DNA from: an uncultured Actinomycetes bacterium
GTDB lineage: Bacteria > Actinomycetota > Thermoleophilia > Solirubrobacterales > 70-9
NCBI GenBank assembly: GCA_963781345.1
Contig: CAWAFQ010000015.1
Span: 1,064 to 65,063, forward strand
Direction of reading: 5' to 3'
Length of the DNA: 64,000 nt
Part shown: positions 19,457 to 30,858 of the stretch, piece by piece
Position numbering within the stretch: position 1 is the first letter of the stretch
Layout of the letters: the number at the start of each line of letters is the position of its first letter
The notes under the pieces: generated by a model
What the model was told of the DNA's origin: nothing
The model's input: only the letters and a program-made list of their open reading frames with translations
Database searches by the model: none
Position numbers and translations under genes: made by a program

Positions 19457-20644
19457 TTAGGGAGCCTTGACGGTGGCCTCGAACTTGTCCAGGAGCAAGA
19501 ACAGTTCCTTAGCCTCCCAACTATCGCCCTTGCGCTGATTGCGGTGGCGCGTTAGGACGCCGGCCTTTGCAAGGTGGTCAAGCCCATCGATCGCCGCCAC
19601 CCGCGAACGCCCCGTCAGTTCCTCAACGATGCTTGCGGCGATGAAGGGGAAGGAAGGCAGATGCTCGATAATGGCTCGCGCCGTGGCGTCGGCCCGCATC
19701 GGCTCAGCGCGGCTGATCCAATCGCTCTGCAGGTCAAAAACGGCTTGCGAGAAGTCCTCGGCGTTGTGCGCGGCTGTTTCGACCGCCCGGGCGAATTGGG
19801 CCACCCAGCGATCGACCTTGTCCACGCGGAAGTTCTGGATACCCGCGATGTAGGCGTCCTTGTTTGCTCCGAGCACGAGGGAGACGGGGGGGACGTAGTT
19901 CGGCGCGATGCGGCGCCGGCGAAACAGGACGTGAATCAGGCAGCGGCCGACGCGGCCGTTGCCATCGCCAAAGGGGTGGATTAGCTCGAACTGGGCGTGG
20001 GCGATTGCAGCCTGGGCAACCGGCGAGAGATCGTCGCGGTTCATGAAGAGGCAGAGGTCTTTGACCAGCCTCTTCACGTATCGAGGGGCTGGCCCCACGT
20101 ATTCAGCATCGGGTGGTGAGTCCCCGCCGATCCAGCCTTGCTCTTCTCGGAACTTGCCGGCGATCTTGTCCAGGGGTGGCACGATGGCCAGCTCCTTGTG
20201 AACGGCCTTGATATGAGTCGACGTCAGACTCTTCACCGCGCTGCCTATCCGAACTGCTTCCACCATGGCTCGCGTGTTCGCGAGCACCTCCCGAGCCTTG
20301 TAATCGCCGGTTTCACCTTCGATTTCGGCACGAGCCAGCTTGCGATGTGAGAGGCGTAGGCCTTCGATTGCCGATGAAGCCAGTGCTTCGGAGCGAAGCA
20401 GCTGCCTTGCGAGGCCTTCGAATGACCGCAATCCCGGGGGAGCCATATTGAGATCACGCACCGCGCCCCCGGCGCGCTCTGACAGAGCCGACGTCGCGGA
20501 CTCAAGCCGCGGTTCGAGGTCAGCGATCGGATCCGGGATGAAGGCTCGGTAGGTCCCGGCTGCGCGGCGCCGCCCGCCAGTGCGTGCAAAGTCCGGGGAC
20601 CAAGTCGCGGTTTCGTAACGCCCTCGGCCGTCACCGCGAGCCAT
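19457..20644 (-). CDS. Fic family protein (AMPylase-type core, N-terminal inhibitory helix, C-terminal winged-helix-like tail)
   Basis: Fic motif HPFGDGNGRVGR. The inhibitory motif SSAIEG, matching (S/T)xxxE(G/N), lies upstream of the core. GC is visibly lower than in neighbouring genes. Confidence 0.9.
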   Translation of the reverse strand: MARGDGRGRYETATWSPDFARTGGRRRAAGTYRAFIPDPIADLEPRLESATSALSERAGGAVRDLNMAPPGLRSFEGLARQLLRSEALASSAIEGLRLSHRKLARAEIEGETGDYKAREVLANTRAMVEAVRIGSAVKSLTSTHIKAVHKELAIVPPLDKIAGKFREEQGWIGGDSPPDAEYVGPAPRYVKRLVKDLCLFMNRDDLSPVAQAAIAHAQFELIHPFGDGNGRVGRCLIHVLFRRRRIAPNYVPPVSLVLGANKDAYIAGIQNFRVDKVDRWVAQFARAVETAAHNAEDFSQAVFDLQSDWISRAEPMRADATARAIIEHLPSFPFIAASIVEELTGRSRVAAIDGLDHLAKAGVLTRHRNQRKGDSWEAKELFLLLDKFEATVKAP

Positions 20645-20924
20645 GGACTCCCCTATTGCATGGTTTACGCTCGGCTCTCATGCTTTAACCTTAGCCTCAT
20701 AACCTTTAAGCAGCGGGAATCAGCGTAGAGGTTGTGTCCGATGCTCGATTCGGCTACCAGGTCGTTCACACTCTCCGGCCCGGGACATCGGTAGCCAAAG
20801 CGGTAGCCGAGCGGCCGCATCCGGCTCTGAGCGCGGAAATCGAATCTATCGTCCGCTTGCGACCAGATGCCACACCACACAGCGGCCGTAATTGGCCGCA
20901 CGGCCAGTTGGTAGCCTTGATGCT

Positions 20925-22514
20925 GTGATTCGCATCTGGCGCGCAGCAGGGGGCTTTGCGTTGGCGAGCGTGATGCTTGTGCTGGTCCCCGCTGCCCAGG
21001 CGTCCCACGGCCCCGCCAAGCGGCTCGCCGGCGGCGCCGAGCGGATCACCTACAAGATCGGGCCGCTGAGCGTGACGCCCGGCCAGAACCGGCTCGCCTA
21101 CCGGCCGATCCCGGGCTCCGAGAGGCCGAACGTCAACGGCTACATCGTTCGCATCAAGCCGAACCTGGTCTGGGACAGCGGGCCGAATAAGGGCAAGCCG
21201 CCCCGCTCCGACCACGTCATGTTCCACCACGGCGTCTGGCTCAACCTCTCACGCCCCGACGCAACCTCGAGCTTCCCGGAGCGCTTCTTCGCGACCGGCG
21301 AGGAGAAGACGATCATGCAGATGCCGAACGGATTCGGCTACCGCTACAAGACGAGCGACGTCTGGGCGCTCAACGACATGATTCACAACCTGACGTCGCA
21401 GCCGATGACGCTCGACGTCACCTACACGATCGACTTCATCCCGGATTCCTCGCCGGCCGCGGCGAGCATCACCCCGGCCCGCCCGATCTGGATGGACGTC
21501 CAGAACGGCAGCGCCTACCCCGTCTTCGACGTCCACAAGGGCTCCGGCAACAACGGGAAGCTCACCTATCCATCGCAGGACCCCAACACCTATCCGCCCG
21601 GCGTCCACAAGAACGTCTGGACCGTGGATCGTCCGGGCGTGCTGATCGGCGCCGTCGGCCACGTCCACACCGGCGGCCTCTACACCGACCTCTACCTGAA
21701 GCGCTCCGGCGCCCGCTACGCCGGGCCGAAGTGCAATGGCAAGCCTAGGGCTGCGCAGCGGCGCAGTTGCCGCGAGCGGGCGCCATCGGTGCGCGGGGAC
21801 AGGGTCCACCTCTTCCGCTCCGACGCCAAGTACTTCGAGCCCGCCGGCCCGGTCTCCTGGGATGTGGCGATGAAGGCCACGCCCGAGAATTGGAGCGTCG
21901 CCGTCAACTCGGGGGACCAACTCTCAACGACTGCGACATACGAGACCAAGCGGGCCTCCTGGTACGAATCGATGGGGATCACGATCATCTACATGGCCGA
22001 CGCGCCCACCGCCGGCAAGGACCCCTACAGGACCAAGGTCGACTACCCCGGCAAGGTCACCCACGGCCACCTTCCCGAGAACAGCGTCCACGGCGGTAAG
22101 AAGACCGACCTCCCCGACCCCACCAAGCTGCCCTCGGGCGCCACAAGCGGCGATCCCTTCCTGATCAGCGGCTTCACCTACGGGGCCGGCGACTACCGGA
22201 TCCCCGGCGCCAGCGGCCGCCCGCCGGTGGTGAAGAGGGGCCAGTCGCTGACCTACCTGCTGGCCGCCGGCGACGCCGCCCAGGAGGAGTGGCACTCGCT
22301 CACATCCTGCGCCGCACCGTGCAACCGCTCGACCGGGATCGCCTACCCGATCGCTGACGGCAATTTCCAGTTCGACTCCGGCCAGCTCGGTGATTTCACC
22401 CCCGCGATCGGTACCCGCACCTACGAGACGCCGAAGAACCTCCCGGTCGGCACCTACACATACTTCTGCCGGATCCATCCACTGATGCGCGGCGCCTTCC
22501 GCGTCGTCAGGTAG
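20925..22514 (+). CDS. Secreted two-part copper protein: PHM/DBH-like copper monooxygenase-type core plus C-terminal amicyanin-like cupredoxin (paralog 1)
   Basis: Signal peptide ..LVPAAQA/SHG. Ordered motifs are HVMFHHGVW, MPNGFGYRYK, DMIHN, GHVHTGG, SGDQL and WYESMGITIIYM. Type-1 Cu ligands are EEWHS and YFCRIHPLMRG. The start is GTG 20925 (or TTG 20892). Confidence 0.6.
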   Translation: MIRIWRAAGGFALASVMLVLVPAAQASHGPAKRLAGGAERITYKIGPLSVTPGQNRLAYRPIPGSERPNVNGYIVRIKPNLVWDSGPNKGKPPRSDHVMFHHGVWLNLSRPDATSSFPERFFATGEEKTIMQMPNGFGYRYKTSDVWALNDMIHNLTSQPMTLDVTYTIDFIPDSSPAAASITPARPIWMDVQNGSAYPVFDVHKGSGNNGKLTYPSQDPNTYPPGVHKNVWTVDRPGVLIGAVGHVHTGGLYTDLYLKRSGARYAGPKCNGKPRAAQRRSCRERAPSVRGDRVHLFRSDAKYFEPAGPVSWDVAMKATPENWSVAVNSGDQLSTTATYETKRASWYESMGITIIYMADAPTAGKDPYRTKVDYPGKVTHGHLPENSVHGGKKTDLPDPTKLPSGATSGDPFLISGFTYGAGDYRIPGASGRPPVVKRGQSLTYLLAAGDAAQEEWHSLTSCAAPCNRSTGIAYPIADGNFQFDSGQLGDFTPAIGTRTYETPKNLPVGTYTYFCRIHPLMRGAFRVVR

Positions 22515-22516
22515 CG

Positions 22517-24090
22517 ATGTCCCGGGCACGTTGGATGGCGATTGGGGCGGCGCTGGCGGGCGTGCTGCTGATCGCCGCCCCCGCGGCCCAGGCCTCGCAC
22601 GGGCCGGCGAAGCGCCTCGGCGATGGTGTCCAGCGGATCACCTACACGATCGGGCCCCTGAACGTGACCCCCGGCCAGAACCGGATCGCCAACCGGCCGG
22701 TCGTGGGGGGCGAGCGCCCTGGGGTGGATGGCTGGATCGTCCGCATGAGGCCCGACCTCGTCTGGGCGTCGGGGCCGAGGCAGGGCAAGGCCCCGGAAAC
22801 CGACAAGGTGATGTTCCACCACGGCGTCTTCGCCAATCTCTCCCGCAGCCCGGGGCTGTTCATGGGCGCCGGCGAGGAGAAGACGATCATGCAGATGCCG
22901 AGCGGATTCGGCTACCGCTACAAGACGAGCGACGTCTGGGCGATCAACTACATGATCCACAACCTGACGCCACAGCCGATGACGCTTGCGATCAGCTACA
23001 CGATCGACTTCATCCCGGACAGCGCCCCGCAGGCCGCCGGCCTCCGCCCTGTCAGGCCGATCTGGATGGACGTCCAGAACGGCCGCGGCTATCCGGTCTT
23101 CGACGTCCACCGCGGCTCCGGAGGCAAGGACGGCGTCTTCACCTACCCGACTGACGACCCCAGCGCCTATCCGCCCGGCGTTCACAAAAACCTCTGGACG
23201 GTGGATCGCGACGGTGTCCTCGTCGCCACCGCGGGCCACGTCCACACCGGAGGGCTATCCACCGATCTCTACCTGCACCGGCCGGGCGCCGGTTACGCCG
23301 GCCCGAAATGCAGCACCAAGCCGAAGGCCGCGCAACGCCGTGCCTGCTGGGCGAAGGCGCCGTCCGTGCAGGGCGATCGGGTGCACCTCTTCCGCTCCGC
23401 GGCCAAGTACTACGAGCCTGCGGGCCCGGTCTCCTGGGACGTCAGCATGAAGGGGACGCCCCAGACTGGATGGTCCAGGTGCAGAAGGGCGACACGCTCG
23501 AGATCACCACCGACTACGAGACCAAGCGGGCCTCCTGGTACGAATCGATGGGGATCATGGTCGTCTACATGGCCGACGCGCCCACATCCGGGCGCGACCC
23601 CTACAGGACCAAGGTCGACTACCCCGGCAAGGTCACCCACGGCCACCTTCCCGAGAACAGCGTCCACGGCGGTAAGAAGACCGACCTCCCCGACCCCACC
23701 AAGCTGCCCTCGGGCGCCACAAGCGGCGATCCCTTCCTGATCAGCGGCTTCACCTACGGGGCCGGCGACTACCGGATCCCCGGCGCCAGCGGCCGCCCGC
23801 CGGTGGTGAAGAGGGGCCAGTCGCTGACCTACCTGCTGGCCGCCGGCGACGCCGCCCAGGAGGAGTGGCACTCGCTCACATCCTGCGCCGCACCGTGCAA
23901 CCGCTCGACCGGGATCGCCTACCCGATCGCTGACGGCAGGTTCCGGTTCGACTCCGGCCAGCTCGGTGATTTCACCCCCGCGATCGGTACCCGCACCTAC
24001 GAGACGCCGAAGAACCTCCCGGTCGGCACCTACACCTACTTCTGCCGGATCCATCCACTGATGCGCGGCGCCTTCCGCGTCGTCAACTAG
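22517..24090 (+). pseudogene. Paralog 2 of the copper monooxygenase-like/cupredoxin protein, frame disrupted near 23459-23465 in this sequence
   Basis: ORF 22517..23740 carries the signal peptide and the HH / H / HVH motifs. ORF 23308..24090, in the -1 frame, carries ...DWMVQVQKGDTLEITTDYETKRASWYESMG... and the cupredoxin. The frames join at ACGCCCCAG-ACTGG. Confidence 0.6.
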
Positions 24091-24218
24091 CTCCGACTGC
24101 GCCCGTCACGACACCGCCGGCGGGCGGCAGCTAGCCTGCATTTAGGTCGGCCCGCTGCCGTCGGCAGGATGGTCGACACAGTCAGTTCGACAAATCAATC
24201 TCGAAAGGACCAACAACG

Positions 24219-24686
24219 GTGATATTCGCCGATTACTCGCTTGGCGACGGGCTTCTGACCGTCCTGGCGATCTTTTTCATAATCCTCTGGATCTGGATCT
24301 ACATCGCCATCTTCACGGATCTCTTCCGCGACCACGAGCTCTCGGGGTGGTGGAAGGCTGCATGGGTTCTGTTCATGTTCATCCTTCCGGTCCTGACGCC
24401 GCTGGCCTACCTGATTGCGCGCGGCCACGGAATGCAGGAGCGGGCGATCAAGGAGCAGGCCGAAGCGCAGAAGCATCTCGACGAGTACGTCCGCGAGACT
24501 GCCGGCACCTCCCAGGTCGACGAGCTGCACAAGCTCAACGACCTCAAGGAGAAGGGCGGCATCTCGGCCGAGGAGTACGAGTCAATGAAGGCCAAGGTCC
24601 TGGCCAAGGGGCTAGGCCCGTGGACGCCCGAGCCGGTCAGGGTGCGCCCTGCCGGCTCGGCGCCGTCCGCCCGCTCGCGGCTCTAG
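24219..24686 (+). CDS. Membrane protein with a PLD-nuclease-N-like (PLDc_N) region and a SHOCT domain
   Basis: Two TM helices with WWKAAWVLFMFILPVLTPLAYLI. The C-terminal LHKLNDLKEKGGISAEEYESMKAKVL is a SHOCT signature. Confidence 0.7.
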   Translation: MIFADYSLGDGLLTVLAIFFIILWIWIYIAIFTDLFRDHELSGWWKAAWVLFMFILPVLTPLAYLIARGHGMQERAIKEQAEAQKHLDEYVRETAGTSQVDELHKLNDLKEKGGISAEEYESMKAKVLAKGLGPWTPEPVRVRPAGSAPSARSRL

Positions 24687-24710
24687 ATCGGCTGGGCTCT
24701 AGATCGGCTG
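24679..24710. repeat. Perfect 16-bp tandem duplication GGCTCTAGATCGGCTG x2 between convergent genes
   Basis: Copy 1 holds the TAG stop of the plus-strand gene (24684-86). Copy 2 holds the CTA stop of the minus-strand SDR gene (24699-701). Confidence 0.95.
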
Positions 24711-25406
24711 GTTGGTCGGCCGGATCAGGATCTCGTTGACGTCGACCCCGGCGGGCTGCTCGAGCGCGAACATCACCGCGCGGGCGATGTCGTCGTCGCT
24801 CAGCGCCCAGTCGCCGGGCCGGTTGTCGAAGAAGGGGGTGTCGACCATCCCCGGCTCGATCAGCGTGACCTTGATCTCAGTGTTCTCGTGCATCGTGCGC
24901 AGCTCGGCCCGCAGCGACTCTCCCATCGCCGTCGCCGCCCACTTGGTCGCCGAGTACAGCGACCCCGGAAGCGCCCGGCGACCGGCAATCGAGCTGGTGA
25001 TGAGGAAGTGGCCGTCGCCTCGGTCGAGGAGATGGGGGAGCGTGGCGCGGATCGTCAGGGCGACGCCGTAGACGTTGGTGAGGATCATCGAGCGCCACTG
25101 CTCGACCGACTCCTCGAGGAAGCCCCGTGAGGCGCCGAAGCCGGCGTTGGCAAAGACCGCGTCGATGCGGCCGAAGCGCTCCAGGCCAGCCGCCGCCATC
25201 GCCTCGACCTGGTCCCACTCGGTGACGTCGCAGCGCACCGCCAGCGCCCGCTCCTCGCCACCGAGCTCCGCCGCAAGCTCCTGCGTCGGCTCGAGGCGAC
25301 GGGCAGCGAGGACGAGCCGGTAGTCGCTCGCGGCGGCCCTCGCGGTGGCAGCGCCGATGCCGCTGTTGGCGCCGGTGATCAGAAGGACGGGGTCGGGCTT
25401 GGCCAT
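24699..25406 (-). CDS. SDR family oxidoreductase
   Basis: Contains ITGANSGIGAA (TGxxxGxG), NAG and YSATK (the catalytic YxxxK). Confidence 0.88.
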   Translation of the reverse strand: MAKPDPVLLITGANSGIGAATARAAASDYRLVLAARRLEPTQELAAELGGEERALAVRCDVTEWDQVEAMAAAGLERFGRIDAVFANAGFGASRGFLEESVEQWRSMILTNVYGVALTIRATLPHLLDRGDGHFLITSSIAGRRALPGSLYSATKWAATAMGESLRAELRTMHENTEIKVTLIEPGMVDTPFFDNRPGDWALSDDDIARAVMFALEQPAGVDVNEILIRPTNQPI

Positions 25407-25795
25407 CCGACGATTCTCTCAGATGGCGTGCCGCGGCTCCGGTGCCCGTCCTTGCGATAATCCAGGGCAACCGATGGACCCTCAGAAAAAGCGCCAGATC
25501 CGCCTCTTCGTCGCCCTCGGCGCTGCCGTCGTGCTCGCCGCTGCCCTCGTCTACACGTCCTTCAGCGCCTCGACCGAGGCGAAGGAGCCCTCGCAGCTGC
25601 TCAGCGCAGCGCCTGGCCAGAGCTATGAGATGACCGGGAAGGTCGTTCCCGGAACGGTTCGCCGCAGCGACGGAGCGCTCCGTTTCCGCGCCGCCGACCG
25701 TGACGGAAGTCGCAGCATCCCGGTGACCTACAGCGGCACGATCCCCGACCCTTTCCGCGGCGGCCGCGAGATCGTTCTCACCGGCCAGGTCCAGG

Positions 25796-28115
<2,320 letters not shown>

Positions 28116-28134
28116 CCGGGCGAGGCTGATCCGG

Positions 28135-28452
28135 ATGGAGGTCCTCTACGGCGCCCTGCTCCTGATCCTGGTGGCGGCGTTCGTACTGCGGCCCCTGCTT
28201 CGGCGTGAGCAGCCCTCGGCGGACGGCGAGGATCCGGTCGTCGCCGATCTCGAGGCGCGCAAGGAGGCCAAGTACCGCGAGATCCGCGACACCCAGCTCG
28301 ACCACGCCTCGGGCAAGCTCTCTGACCGGGACTTCAGCGACCAGGACGCGCAGCTGCGCGCCGAGGCGGTGGAGATCCTCAGGGGCCTCGACCAAGCGCG
28401 GGAGGAGCGGGAGCCGAAGGCGCCGACGCAGCCCGGGGGCGATTCCCCCTAA
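28135..28452 (+). CDS. Small single-pass membrane protein of unknown function, directly after ccmF
   Basis: 105 aa. N-terminal TM segment (LYGALLLILVAAFVL) followed by a highly charged helical region. No family recognised. Confidence 0.5.
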   Translation: MEVLYGALLLILVAAFVLRPLLRREQPSADGEDPVVADLEARKEAKYREIRDTQLDHASGKLSDRDFSDQDAQLRAEAVEILRGLDQAREEREPKAPTQPGGDSP

Positions 28453-28463
28453 ACTTCTCCGCC

Positions 28464-28688
28464 GTGTACACCGTTCTCAGCGTAATCCAGGTGATCATCG
28501 CGGTCACCCTCATCTTCCTGATCCTCCTGCACTCGGGCAAGGATGCGGGTCTCTCCGGCGCCTTCGGAATCGGCGGAGGCGGAAGCTCGGTCGGGGGCGG
28601 CTCGATGGTCGAGCGCAACCTCGACCGCGCGACGATCTTCTTCGCCATCCTCTTCGTCCTCAACACCCTCGTCCTGCTGAAGATCTAG
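28464..28688 (+). CDS. secG: Preprotein translocase subunit SecG
   Basis: 74 aa. Two TM helices separated by a Gly-rich loop (LLHSGKDAGLSGAFGIGGGGS). Confidence 0.88.
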   Translation: MYTVLSVIQVIIAVTLIFLILLHSGKDAGLSGAFGIGGGGSSVGGGSMVERNLDRATIFFAILFVLNTLVLLKI

Positions 28689-28705
28689 GGCGGCGGGGGG
28701 CCACG

Positions 28706-29683
28706 GTGGCGCCTCGGATACGCGGCACCCTGGCCGCGGGTCTCGCGGTCCTCGGCTGTCTTGGGCTGGCCCCCCTCGCCGGCTGCGGCGGAGGCGGCGC
28801 GGCACCATTTCCGTCCGGGGAAGCCGCCACGGCGGGTGGCGGCGGTCGGCTCTCCTACGCGATCGCTTCCGGACCGGGAACCCTCGACCCGCTCCATGCC
28901 CGGACCTTCTCGGCGCAGATAGTCGCCCGGCAGCTGTTCGAGCCACTGGTCGAGCGCCTCCGCGGCCCCTACTCGGCCGCTAAGCCCGACCGGCCGGGCC
29001 TCGCGCTCGCCTGGTCCCACTCCCGCGACTTGCGAATCTGGAGCTTCCGACTGCGGCCGGAGGTGCGGTTTGGCGATGGGACGCCGCTCGACGCCACGGC
29101 GGTCGTCGCAAACGCCGAGCGCTGGCGAAGCGACCCCGGGGGCCGGCAGCTCCTACCCGGCCTCATCGCCGCCGACGCGCCGCGGCCAAACGTCGCCCGG
29201 TTGATCCTCTCCGATCCCCTCCCCGGCCTGCCGCGGCGCCTGTCCGACCCCAGACTGGGGATCGTCTCGCCGCCTGCGCTCGCGCCCGAGAGCGGGGTCG
29301 GGGCGAGGTTCGTCGGCGCCCGGGAGGCGGGGTCGGGCCCCTTCGAGCTGCGGGGCCGGGTCGCTTCGGTCACGGTGCTCGACCGGAGGCGAGCTTGGTG
29401 GGGGAGCCCCCTCGGGCTCGGCCCGGCGCTCGACGAGGTCATCTTCCGGGTGGTGCCTGATCCTGCGGTTCGCGACCGACTCCTTCGCGCCGGCTCGGTG
29501 CGGGTGGCGGCCGGTTTCGACACCCGTCGGGCGGCGGAGATCGCAGCCGATCCGCTGCTCACCGCAAGCGGTCGTCCCGGAGACCACTGGGTTGCCTTCG
29601 AGCGCTCGGTCCGAGGCATCGCCGACGCCAGCCCGATCCCGCTGTCGGGAGTCTGGACGGCGCTCCTGCCCGGCTCCGGCTGA
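28706..29683 (+). CDS. Lipoprotein resembling the N-terminal half of a family-5 (peptide/nickel) ABC substrate-binding protein
   Basis: GTG start at 28706 and lipobox LAGCGG. LDPLHA...QLFEPLV and LRPEVRFGDGTPLDA resemble SBP_bac_5. It is only about 325 aa, and no permease or ATPase genes are nearby. Confidence 0.5.
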   Translation: MAPRIRGTLAAGLAVLGCLGLAPLAGCGGGGAAPFPSGEAATAGGGGRLSYAIASGPGTLDPLHARTFSAQIVARQLFEPLVERLRGPYSAAKPDRPGLALAWSHSRDLRIWSFRLRPEVRFGDGTPLDATAVVANAERWRSDPGGRQLLPGLIAADAPRPNVARLILSDPLPGLPRRLSDPRLGIVSPPALAPESGVGARFVGAREAGSGPFELRGRVASVTVLDRRRAWWGSPLGLGPALDEVIFRVVPDPAVRDRLLRAGSVRVAAGFDTRRAAEIAADPLLTASGRPGDHWVAFERSVRGIADASPIPLSGVWTALLPGSG

Positions 29684-29820
29684 GCAGCGGGCGCGGCCGG
29701 TCGGTTTCGGGCGAGCGCGGCGGTCGCAGGGGAGGGCCGGCGGGGGCGTATCTTCGGAGCGGGCCGCTGCCGGCCGGTCGAATGGCGATTGCGGCCGGCC
29801 GGCCGGACGCGGGTCAGCTG

Positions 29821-29965
29821 GGTAAGTCGGGCGGCGAGTGGGAGCTCAGCGGGACGGCGAGTGGGGGGGTGTAAGTCGGGCGGCGAGTGGGGGGGGTCAG
29901 TCGGACGGCGAGTGGGAGCTCAGCGGGACGGCGAGTGGCCGATGTCAGTCGGAGCGGGCGAGCGG
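29821..29965. repeat. Degenerate tandem repeat, 23-26 bp period, core GGCGAGTGG x5 (+1 degenerate), with a 39-nt higher-order repeat at 74-bp spacing
   Basis: Cores lie at 29833, 29856, 29882, 29907 and 29930. The 39-mers at 29826-29864 and 29900-29938 differ at 1 nt. The repeat overlaps the 3' end of the DUF559 CDS. Confidence 0.85.
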
Positions 29966-30858
29966 CGAAGCCGATCGGCCACCCGGGCGAGCGTGTCCGT
30001 GACCCGGCGGGCCTCGAACTTGATCTGTCCATGGGTGAAGCGAAGCGCGGTCAGCCCAGCGGCAGTGTGGTCCTGGTCACGGCGCCGGTCCTTCGCCTGC
30101 TGCGCCGGGGTGCGGTGGTAGCGGAGCCCGTCGGTCTCGACGACGAGGCCCAGCTCGGGCCAGTGGAAGTCGACCCGGTGTCCGTTCAGGCAGGTGCCGG
30201 TCAGGGGCCTTCCGAGGCCGGACCTGCGCGTGATCGGCAGGAAGAGTCTTTCCAGTTCGGAGTCGGTGAGTGTGAATGCGTCGCGGTCAAGCAGACTCCT
30301 CAACGCCGGGACTCCGGAGCGGTTCCGCATTCGGTCGATCTCGGCTCGCAGAGTGCCGGGGTCGATCAGGTCGAGCTTGTCGGCTTCGTTGACGGCGCTC
30401 TCGAGCTGGACGGGCGCCAGCAACGTGGCGAGGTCGACGAGGGTGGATGCCGGGTCGGTTACCGCGATGCCCTGATGGGTCGTCGCTCCGAAGCTCCTCC
30501 GCCGGTGAACCCGGATCCCCGGGCGGCGGGGGTCCCTAGTCGCAGGCACGGTCACGTCCAGTCTGCCCTGCCAGGGCCGCAGGCCCCAGAGGGCGCCCCC
30601 GGCGCGGTGGCTCAAGACCGCCCCAGGGCCGCAACTCAGCACCGCCGCCATCCAGAGGCCGTACTGAGTGAGATCGGGGCGTCCCAGGGCAAAGACGCCA
30701 TCCCGGAGCCGATGCAGCCGACCTTTTCTCAACCGGTGGCGGATCGCTTCCTCGCTCACCCCCAGCCCGAGAAGCTGCCGCCGGGAGACCACTCCGTGCT
30801 GAGCAGCCGCAAGCTCGGCAACGGCAGCAAAGGAGGGTTGCGTGATTTCAGGGGCCAT
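29920..30858 (-). CDS. DUF559 (Vsr-like endonuclease fold) protein with an AbiEi-like N-terminal winged-helix domain
   Basis: Starts at M19 of track ORF 29920..30912 (MAPEITQPSF..). The N-terminus has GVVSRRQLLGLGVSEEAIRHRLRKGRLHRL. The C-terminus has VDFHWPELGLVVETDGLRYHRTPAQQAKDRRRD. Confidence 0.8.
   Translation of the reverse strand: MAPEITQPSFAAVAELAAAQHGVVSRRQLLGLGVSEEAIRHRLRKGRLHRLRDGVFALGRPDLTQYGLWMAAVLSCGPGAVLSHRAGGALWGLRPWQGRLDVTVPATRDPRRPGIRVHRRRSFGATTHQGIAVTDPASTLVDLATLLAPVQLESAVNEADKLDLIDPGTLRAEIDRMRNRSGVPALRSLLDRDAFTLTDSELERLFLPITRRSGLGRPLTGTCLNGHRVDFHWPELGLVVETDGLRYHRTPAQQAKDRRRDQDHTAAGLTALRFTHGQIKFEARRVTDTLARVADRLRRSPAPTDIGHSPSR

Noticed and set aside
20849-20857. Possible attR: TCGTCCGCT matches the 3' end of tRNA-Gly
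   Set aside because: Only 9 contiguous nt match, about 14/20 when extended, and there is no integrase. This is too short to distinguish from chance in this composition. It is kept only as a remark under the Fic finding.
20665-20928. ORFs 20665..20901 (-) and 20734..20928 (+) in the spacer after Fic
   Set aside because: They overlap each other and have no RBS, no recognisable motif and atypical composition. The region more likely holds the promoters for Fic and the copper-protein genes.
28205-28705. N-terminal extension of ORF 28205..29683
   Set aside because: It overlaps the small membrane protein and secG in other frames. The lipoprotein signal peptide starts at GTG 28706.
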